From: an uncultured Eubacteriales bacterium
Lineage (GTDB): Bacteria; Bacillota; Clostridia; Oscillospirales; Acutalibacteraceae
Direction of reading: 5' to 3'
Assembly: GCA_934445035.1 (NCBI GenBank)
Contig: CAKSDI010000002.1
Location: forward strand, 88,997-152,996
Length of the DNA: 64,000 nt
The first letter of the stretch is position 1, and the number at the start of each line of letters is the position of its first letter. Below, one piece after another: positions 57,666 through 64,000 of the stretch. The notes beneath the pieces were generated by a model. The model worked only from the letters and a program-made list of their open reading frames with translations. It did no database searches and was not told the DNA's origin. A program made the position numbers and the translations under genes.

Positions 57666-57694
57666 TTGCATTTTTTTGAAACCTATGGTATTAT
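57666..57694 (+). promoter_or_regulatory. rpsT promoter
   Basis: TTGCAT (57666-57671), 17 nt, TATTAT (57689-57694). Confidence 0.55.
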
Positions 57695-57747
57695 TAATAT
57701 TACTGTGATAAATGTGGTTTAATGCCGCGTGGTTGGGAGGTGCTTCA

Positions 57748-58008
57748 ATGCCTAATATCAAATCAGCGAAAAAGCGTGTTGTTATAAGCAAAGCGAATTA
57801 TGAGCGCAATAAAGCTTACCGTTCCGCTTTGAAAACAGCCGTTAAAAAGGCCGACGCCGCTATTGAATCTAATTCTGCCGACGCTGCCGCAACTGTTAAA
57901 GCAGCTGTTGTAAAGCTTGATCAGGCTGCCGTTAAAGGTCTTATTCATAAGAACAATGCCGCAAGAAAGAAATCGGCTCTTATGACAAAGCTTAATTCCA
58001 AAGCATAA
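57748..58008 (+). CDS. rpsT: 30S ribosomal protein S20
   Basis: MPNIKSAKKRV...KGLIHKNNAARKKS. GGGAGGTG RBS. Confidence 0.95.
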   Translation: MPNIKSAKKRVVISKANYERNKAYRSALKTAVKKADAAIESNSADAAATVKAAVVKLDQAAVKGLIHKNNAARKKSALMTKLNSKA

Positions 58009-58033
58009 TATTATTTTTTGCAAAGAATAATAT

Positions 58034-58067
58034 TGCGTTGCTCCTATCTTGGAGCAACGCAGTTTTT
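58034..58067 (+). terminator. intrinsic terminator
   Basis: TGCGTTGCTCC/GGAGCAACGCA stem followed by GTTTTT. Confidence 0.8.
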
Positions 58068-58144
58068 CTGGATTTTTTTATGTTATAAAATTAAACATAT
58101 TATATGGTCTTTAAATCAGTTATATTAAATGTGAGGTGTATGTT

Positions 58145-58333
58145 ATGCAGGAGAAACTTATTTTAAGACAGAAGAATTTAAAAGGCGAGGACGGATTTAA
58201 AACCTTTTCTATCCGAATTAAAAATGACACGGTAGCTTCGCTTGACGATCTTTCAAAGCAGACAAAGCGCTCGAGAAATGAGCTTATAAATGTTCTGCTT
58301 GATTTTGCTCTGCGCAACTGCATAGTTAAATGA
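58145..58333 (+). CDS. small ribbon-helix-helix (CopG-like) protein
   Basis: FSIRIKNDTVASLDDLSKQTKRSRNELINVLLDFAL fits a beta-strand/helix/helix pattern. GAGG RBS 8 nt before ATG 58145. Confidence 0.55.
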   Translation: MQEKLILRQKNLKGEDGFKTFSIRIKNDTVASLDDLSKQTKRSRNELINVLLDFALRNCIVK

Positions 58334-58353
58334 TACTTGATTTTAATACCAGC

Positions 58354-58384
58354 AAAACCCGTGCTTAATCAGCGCGGGTTTTTA
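58354..58384. terminator. bidirectional terminator between convergent small genes
   Basis: AAAACCCG/CGGGTTTT stem with flanking runs. Confidence 0.6.
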
Positions 58385-58720
58385 TTAAGGCTTGCATATT
58401 TTGCAGGGAGAATATCCTTTTTGGATCAGATCTTCACGGCTTGAAGATGTGATAATATTACCGGATTTTTTGGATTTTGAATATCTGCATGTTTCAAGGT
58501 GAAACTTCTTTGTAGAGATATTTGCGTAATATCCGCCGCTTGATTCGGGCTCGGAGGAGGCGGTTTTGTAGCCGTTGACCGTGCCTGTGGAATCTTTTAA
58601 AACTTCCACTTCTTCGGCTTTGTTACTGCATAAATCGTCGCTGTCATTCAAATCTTTGCAGCCGCAAAGAAATATTGATAAAACTGCCGCAAGTATCAAT
58701 GAAATTTTTCGGATATTCAT
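58385..58720 (-). CDS. lipoprotein with a C-terminal H-x3-C...C-x2-C (Ada-like) metal-binding motif
   Basis: MNIRKISLILAAVLSIFLCGC carries the lipobox. The C-terminus reads KFHLETCRYSKSKKSGNIITSSSREDLIQKGYSPCKICKP. Confidence 0.65.
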   Translation of the reverse strand: MNIRKISLILAAVLSIFLCGCKDLNDSDDLCSNKAEEVEVLKDSTGTVNGYKTASSEPESSGGYYANISTKKFHLETCRYSKSKKSGNIITSSSREDLIQKGYSPCKICKP

Positions 58721-58786
58721 AAATTCATCACCGAAAATCAATTATAATCTTTTTTAATAACAAAATCAATCGAAAGGAGAATTTTT

Positions 58787-60619
58787 TTGAATATTTATGC
58801 CGACGCGGATAAGCTTAAGGAATTAAAAGCCAAAGCAAACAGGCTGCCGAAAAGCCCGGGTGTATATATAATGAAAAACTCCGGCGGTAAAATTATATAT
58901 ATCGGAAAAGCCAAAGCTTTGAAAAACAGGGTAACGCAATATTTCGGCTCGGGAAATCAGCATACCGAAAAGGTTAAAAGAATGGTCGGCTCGGTCGACG
59001 ATTTTGAATATATAATCTGCGACAGTGAATTTGAAGCGCTTGTTCTTGAGAACTCGCTTATCAAGCAAAATCTGCCTAAATATAATATTCTTCTTAAAGA
59101 TGATAAGGGTTACCATTATATAAAAATAACCAAAGAAAAATGGCGCAGGATAGAAACTGCCAATCAGATATCGGACGACGGCACTTATATCGGACCTTAT
59201 TATTCTTCTTATATCGTTAAAGATACTCTTGATGAGGTCAGAAAAATATTCAGGCTTCCCGATTGTAACAGGTCATTTGATAAATACTCGAAACCCTGCC
59301 TTAATTATCATATTGACAAATGCTTTGCTCCCTGCAAAGGAAATATCAGCCTTGATGAATATAATTCCGCCGTGAATTCGGCGATAGAGTTTATTAAACA
59401 CGGCAACACCAAAAAGTTTTCCGAAGAAATGAAAGTTAAAATGCTGGAAGCCTCCGAAAGGCTTGACTTTGAAACAGCGGCTAAATTAAGGGATAGAATA
59501 AACGCTGTGAAAAAGCTTTCCGAGCGGCAAAAGGTGGTTATGTGTTCTTATAAATCGCAGGATGTTTTTTCAGGCGTTATATTAGGAGAAAAAGCTTGCG
59601 TGAGCGTGTTTATTTTCAGAAACAGACGGCTTACCGATAAACAGCATTTTATTATCGAGGGTATTACCGATATAAAAGAGCTTTACGCAGAATTTCTCTT
59701 AAGCTTTTATTCCGATAAAGATGATATTCCGCCGAGAATTCTTTTAGACAGCGAGCCTGACGATCTTGCAATTCTAAAAAAATTTTTAAGTGAAAAGGCA
59801 GATCACGCGGTTTCGATCATATCACCGAAAGCAGGCGAGCAAAAGGCGCTTTGCGATATGTGCCGAAAAAATGCCTCGGATAATTTGGCTTTAAATCTTG
59901 AAAAAAGCGGTAAATATATGACGGGGCTCGGCGAGCTTGCACATCTTTTAAATCTTGAAAAACTGCCGAAATATATAGAGGCTTACGATATTTCAAATAC
60001 TGCCGGTGAAGAAAATGTCGCAGGAATGGTGGTATTTAAAGACGGCAAACCTTTTAAAGAAGCCTATAAAAAATTCAAGATAAAAAGCTTTTCCGGGCAA
60101 GACGATTACAGATCGCTCGCCGAGGTGCTTGACAGGCGTTTTTGCGAATATGAAACCTCTTCAGACGAGGGATTTAAAACTCTGCCCGATCTTATTTTGC
60201 TTGACGGCGGCAAGGGGCAGATTTCGGCTGTTTTACCCGTTCTTAAAAAGCATAATATTTCTGTTCCTATTTTCGGAATGGTCAAGGACTCAAAGCACCG
60301 CACAAGGGCAATTTCAGCTTCGGGCGGAGATCTCACTCTTAAATCAAACAGGCAGGCTTATACCTTTGTCACCACTGTACAAGACGAGGTGCATAGGTTT
60401 GCGATAGGTTATCACCGCAAAAAAAGAACGCAGAAAATGCTTGATTCTGAGCTTACAAAAATTCCCGGTATCGGTGAAAAGAAAGCGGCACTGCTTCTTA
60501 AAAGCTTTAAAACCGTTTCCGCTGTAAGGCAGGCGGATATTTCCGAACTTGAAAAAATTAAGGGAATTAATAAGGATAATGCCGAAAATATATATAATTT
60601 TTATCATTCTGATAAATAA
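58787..60619 (+). CDS. uvrC: excinuclease ABC subunit C
   Basis: GIY-YIG domain (GVYIMKN...IIYIGKAKALKNRV), a UvrB-interacting region, an endonuclease domain and C-terminal HhH motifs. TTG start. Confidence 0.93.
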   Translation: MNIYADADKLKELKAKANRLPKSPGVYIMKNSGGKIIYIGKAKALKNRVTQYFGSGNQHTEKVKRMVGSVDDFEYIICDSEFEALVLENSLIKQNLPKYNILLKDDKGYHYIKITKEKWRRIETANQISDDGTYIGPYYSSYIVKDTLDEVRKIFRLPDCNRSFDKYSKPCLNYHIDKCFAPCKGNISLDEYNSAVNSAIEFIKHGNTKKFSEEMKVKMLEASERLDFETAAKLRDRINAVKKLSERQKVVMCSYKSQDVFSGVILGEKACVSVFIFRNRRLTDKQHFIIEGITDIKELYAEFLLSFYSDKDDIPPRILLDSEPDDLAILKKFLSEKADHAVSIISPKAGEQKALCDMCRKNASDNLALNLEKSGKYMTGLGELAHLLNLEKLPKYIEAYDISNTAGEENVAGMVVFKDGKPFKEAYKKFKIKSFSGQDDYRSLAEVLDRRFCEYETSSDEGFKTLPDLILLDGGKGQISAVLPVLKKHNISVPIFGMVKDSKHRTRAISASGGDLTLKSNRQAYTFVTTVQDEVHRFAIGYHRKKRTQKMLDSELTKIPGIGEKKAALLLKSFKTVSAVRQADISELEKIKGINKDNAENIYNFYHSDK

Positions 60620-60681
60620 CTGTTGAAAAAAGAAGAAATAATTGGTAAAATAAAATAAATATTAATAAGGAGAAGTGATCT

Positions 60682-61278
60682 ATGGCTTCTGTTCAGCTTT
60701 CAAAGCCGTCTAAAGGCGAATCGGTTGCAGTAATGCACACAAATATGGGAGATATATCAATTAGATTTTTCCCGGAGTATGCCCCTAAAGCGGTTGAGAA
60801 TTTCATCACCCATTCGAAAAACGGTTATTATAACGGTCTGATCTTTCATAGAGTAATAAATGATTTTATGATTCAGGGCGGCGATCCCACAGGCACGGGT
60901 ATGGGCGGAGAGTCTATATATAAAAGAAGCTTTGAAGATGAATTTTCAAAAGAGCTTCACAATATCAGAGGCGCTCTTTGTATGGCTAATGCCGGTCCTA
61001 ATACCAACGGAAGTCAGTTCTTCATCGTGCAGGCAAAATCAGTTCCCGAAAATATGATCTCGCAGATGAAAGATATGCCCGAGTCTTTTCCTGAAGATAT
61101 AGTTGATTATTATGAGTCGGCAGGAGGAACGCCCTGGCTTGATTTCAGGCACACGGTTTTCGGTCAGGTGTTTGACGGAATGGATGTTGTAGATAATATC
61201 GCAGGCGTCGAAGTAGGGAATGCTGATAAGCCGATAAATGATGTAGTAATAAATTCAATAGAAATTAAAACTATTTAA
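60682..61278 (+). CDS. ppiB: cyclophilin-type peptidyl-prolyl cis-trans isomerase
   Basis: [26 protein letters not shown] and NGSQFFI. Confidence 0.9.
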   Translation: MASVQLSKPSKGESVAVMHTNMGDISIRFFPEYAPKAVENFITHSKNGYYNGLIFHRVINDFMIQGGDPTGTGMGGESIYKRSFEDEFSKELHNIRGALCMANAGPNTNGSQFFIVQAKSVPENMISQMKDMPESFPEDIVDYYESAGGTPWLDFRHTVFGQVFDGMDVVDNIAGVEVGNADKPINDVVINSIEIKTI

Positions 61279-61290
61279 GGAGATATAATT

Positions 61291-62169
61291 ATGAAAGGTA
61301 TTATTCTTGCAGGCGGCAGCGGAACAAGACTTTATCCGCTTACTATGGTAACTTCAAAACAGCTTTTGCCGGTTTATGATAAGCCGATGATATATTATCC
61401 GCTTTCTACTCTTATGCTTGCGGGTATCAGGGATATTCTTATAATTTCCACACCTACCGATCTTCCGAATTTTGAGCGCCTTTTAGGTGACGGCTCGGAT
61501 TACGGAATAAATCTTTCCTATGCTGTTCAGCCTTCGCCCGATGGTCTTGCACAGGCATTCATAATCGGCGAGGAATTTATTAACGGCGATAGCTGCGCTA
61601 TGGTGCTCGGCGATAATATTTTCTATGGGAACGGTCTTAAAGCTCACTTAAAGAGCGCCGCTGAAAAGACAAACGGCGCCACGGTCTTCGGCTATTATGT
61701 TGACGATCCAGAGAGATTCGGAATTGTTGAGTTTGATGAAAACGGTAAGGCAATATCTATCGAAGAAAAGCCTGAACATCCTAAATCAAATTACTGTGTA
61801 ACAGGACTTTATTTCTATGATAACAGGGTCGTAGAGCTTGCTAAAAAGGTTAAGCCGTCAGCAAGAGGCGAGCTTGAAATAACCGATCTTAACAGAATGT
61901 ATCTCGAAGAGGGCTCGCTCAGCGTGGTAACTCTCGGCAGAGGCTACGCTTGGCTTGATACCGGCACAATGGATGCTTTGAGCGAGGCGGGAGAATTCGT
62001 TAAGGTTATTGAAAACAGACAGGGAATCAAAATTTCCGCAGTTGAAGAGATCGCTTATAAAAACGGCTGGATAACTAAAGACGAGCTTCTTGCTTCCGCT
62101 GATAAATACGGCAAATCTCCTTACGGCCAGCACTTAAGAAAAGTTGCCGAGGGAAAGATCCTATACTGA
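61291..62169 (+). CDS. rfbA: glucose-1-phosphate thymidylyltransferase
   Basis: [18 protein letters not shown]...[17 protein letters not shown]. Confidence 0.92.
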   Translation: MKGIILAGGSGTRLYPLTMVTSKQLLPVYDKPMIYYPLSTLMLAGIRDILIISTPTDLPNFERLLGDGSDYGINLSYAVQPSPDGLAQAFIIGEEFINGDSCAMVLGDNIFYGNGLKAHLKSAAEKTNGATVFGYYVDDPERFGIVEFDENGKAISIEEKPEHPKSNYCVTGLYFYDNRVVELAKKVKPSARGELEITDLNRMYLEEGSLSVVTLGRGYAWLDTGTMDALSEAGEFVKVIENRQGIKISAVEEIAYKNGWITKDELLASADKYGKSPYGQHLRKVAEGKILY

Positions 62170-62170
62170 T

Positions 62171-63094
62171 ATGATATCTGTTTTACTTGCAACGTTTAAC
62201 GGTGAAAAATTTTTAAAAGAGCAAATAGATTCTATCATTGAGCAAACATTTAAAGATTTTAAGATCATTATCCGCGACGACGGGTCGACTGACTCCACTA
62301 ATGAAATAATTGAGTCTTACGCAGTTAAATATCCTGAAAAAATATCTGTGATAAAGGGTAACCCCACGGGCAGCTCGCTCGGAAATTTCTTTGAGCTTTT
62401 ATCTGCCTGCCCCGAAGGGTATGCAATGCTTTGCGATCAGGATGATTTCTGGTGCAGCGATAAGATAGAAAAAACCTTTAATGCTATGCGTAAAAAAGAG
62501 GAAGAAGCAGGGGTAGACACCCCAATATTAGTCCACACCGACGCTTTCGTTGCGGACAGCGAATTAAATATTATTTCCGAGTCATTCATAAAATTTGAGG
62601 CGCTCTCGCCCGAATTTAATAAGCTTAATAATCTGCTTGTTCAGAACAATGTAACAGGCTGCACGGTTATGATAAACAATGCTCTTTTAAAACTCGTAAG
62701 GAAAAGGCCGGAAAACTGCGTGATGCACGATTGGTGGATAGCGCTTGTCGCTTGTCTTTTCGGAGAAACCGTGTTTGTAAACGAGCCTTTAATGTATTAC
62801 CGCCAGCACGGAAACAATCAGGTAGGAGCGAAGCAGGCAACGGGTTTAAATTTCATTGTTACTAAATTCAAAAACAGGAAAAATGTGAAAAAGAATTACC
62901 TTGACGCTTATTCGCAGGCAAATTCTCTTTTAAAGGAATTTTCATCCAATTTAAAAAAAGAGGATAGAAAAATCATTTCCGTTTATGCGGCAATGCCGTG
63001 CCTTTCAAAAGCTGAAAAAATAAAAGCGATCAATAAATATTCTTTTAAAAAGAATACGGCTCTCAGAAATATCGGGCAATATTTTTCCGTTTAG
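62171..63094 (+). CDS. family 2 glycosyltransferase
   Basis: ISVLLATFNGEKFLKEQIDSIIEQTF...IIIRDDGSTDST and a DxD-like CDQDD. ATG 62171 lies directly after the rfbA stop. Confidence 0.8.
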   Translation: MISVLLATFNGEKFLKEQIDSIIEQTFKDFKIIIRDDGSTDSTNEIIESYAVKYPEKISVIKGNPTGSSLGNFFELLSACPEGYAMLCDQDDFWCSDKIEKTFNAMRKKEEEAGVDTPILVHTDAFVADSELNIISESFIKFEALSPEFNKLNNLLVQNNVTGCTVMINNALLKLVRKRPENCVMHDWWIALVACLFGETVFVNEPLMYYRQHGNNQVGAKQATGLNFIVTKFKNRKNVKKNYLDAYSQANSLLKEFSSNLKKEDRKIISVYAAMPCLSKAEKIKAINKYSFKKNTALRNIGQYFSV

Positions 63095-63096
63095 AT

Positions 63097-63131
63097 CATT
63101 CGGTGTACAAAATTTTGTACACCGAATATTT
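63097..63131 (+). terminator. intrinsic terminator
   Basis: ATTCGGTGTACAAAA/TTTTGTACACCGAAT palindrome followed by ATTTT. Confidence 0.7.
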
Positions 63132-63190
63132 TATTATTTTAATCGGAGCCAAAATGTGTTAAAATGTATTTTAAAAGGGGGACTTTAAAA

Positions 63191-64000
63191 ATGCTTCAGT
63201 TTATAATCGGAAGAATAAAAAGCGGCAAATCCGCTGAAATAATTAAGAAAATTAAAGAAGATGTAAAAGAAAATAAAGAGAGCATTATAATTGTCCCCGA
63301 GCAGTATTCTTTTGAAACAGAAAAAAATCTTTTGGAAGTTTTGGGCGAGTATAATGCGCACAAAGTCGCGGTGTTAAGCTTTTCGAGGCTCTGTGATGAA
63401 TACCGAAGGGTTAACGGGGGCGAAGCAGGAAGAGTTCTCGGCGATTGCGACAAGATAATTCTTACAAAAAGAGCGCTCGCCGATGTATCAAGCGAGCTTG
63501 AAGCTTTCGGAAAGAATAAGTATTATACGGGCTTTGTAAGAAGTATGGCGGACACGATATCAGAGCTTAAGCTAAACGCCGTTACGCCGCAGGAAATATT
63601 GACTTGCGCCGAAAATGTAAAAGCAGAGTCATTTTCCGGCAAGCTTAGGGATACCGCTAAAATTTTCGAGAGGTATAATGTCCTTTTGTCCGAGGAGTTT
63701 ATCGATCCGTCGGACAGGCTTACAAGACTTTATATCGAGCTGGAGGGCAAAAATTATTTTAAAGGCAAAAATGTTTATATTGATGAATTTAAAGGGTTTA
63801 CAGGTCAGCAATTTAAGCTGATAGAAAGAATTTTAGGAAGCGCGGATAATCTCACGGTCGCTTTATGCTGTGATAATTCCTTAGATCAGCCTTTCGGCAT
63901 ATTTGCAAATGTTATAAGCGCTAAAAACCGCATTTTAAAATCCGCTTTAAAATATAACTGTGAAATAAAAGAAGATAAAGTACTTTTAAAAAGTTATTAT
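63191..64000 (+). CDS. addB: helicase-exonuclease AddAB subunit AddB, N-terminal part (runs off the right edge)
   Basis: Hand translation from ATG 63191 (AAGGGGGA RBS) gives MLQFIIGRIKSGKSAEIIKKI...IIIVPEQYSFETEKNLL. It has the degenerate Walker A plus VPEQ(Y/F)SFE pattern typical of AddB/RexB. The frame is open to the window end. Confidence 0.65.
   Translation, partial: MLQFIIGRIKSGKSAEIIKKIKEDVKENKESIIIVPEQYSFETEKNLLEVLGEYNAHKVAVLSFSRLCDEYRRVNGGEAGRVLGDCDKIILTKRALADVSSELEAFGKNKYYTGFVRSMADTISELKLNAVTPQEILTCAENVKAESFSGKLRDTAKIFERYNVLLSEEFIDPSDRLTRLYIELEGKNYFKGKNVYIDEFKGFTGQQFKLIERILGSADNLTVALCCDNSLDQPFGIFANVISAKNRILKSALKYNCEIKEDKVLLKSYY

Noticed and set aside
1-64000. A scan of the whole window for CRISPR arrays, rRNA genes, reverse transcriptases (retron/DGR) and classic toxin-antitoxin pairs.
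   Set aside because: No regularly spaced direct repeats, rRNA-like segments or RT motifs were seen by eye, and no adjacent small-gene pairs fit a TA layout. A computational repeat scan would be needed to fully exclude short arrays.

Overview
Low-GC Firmicutes chromosome, probably a Clostridia-type spore former (SpoIVB, a GerA/SpoVAF-family protein and several sigma factors are present). The organism cannot be named from sequence alone.

Positions 1-13,100 are accessory DNA:
- A five-gene, translationally coupled minus-strand operon, transcribed from 6000 leftward off the left window edge. In transcription order it encodes an unknown protein, a Zn-ribbon/helical-repeat/TM protein, an SPFH (YdjI-like) protein with about seven Zn-ribbons, a 4-TM protein and another unknown protein.
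- Directly upstream of the operon is what reads as a 240-bp invertible promoter cassette. It has 21-bp perfect inverted lox/dif-like repeats, a near-consensus extended -10 promoter currently pointing away from the operon, and terminators guarding both sides. A small tyrosine recombinase gene lies next to it.
- Next comes a mobilizable-element module: sigma-region-4-like HTH, winged HTH, oriT-like hairpins, MobC, a MobA/VirD2 relaxase and a large serine recombinase.
- This module abuts tRNA-Leu(CAG). A 39-nt duplicate of the tRNA 5' half lies 311 bp away and retains the only consensus promoter.

A TA-targeting palindromic MITE family occurs twice. A 59-bp copy sits at the htpG promoter/5' UTR, and a 270-bp composite copy cleanly disrupts a flavin reductase gene.

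The remaining ~48 kb is ordinary core genome:
- htpG, a U32 peptidase, rpoB-rpoC and cls.
- A GntR/ABC operon and the deoC-deoD-cdd-pdp nucleoside operon.
- Phosphoglucomutase, a sigma factor and an OmpR/HK/HtrA module.
- spoIVB, a small alarmone synthetase, nadE, DegV and a NodB-type deacetylase.
- nrdR-gltX-glnS-nif3, an M16 peptidase pair, lgt and folD.
- A GerA-family protein, rpsT, uvrC, cyclophilin, rfbA, a GT2 glycosyltransferase and the start of addB.

No rRNA genes or CRISPR arrays were seen.
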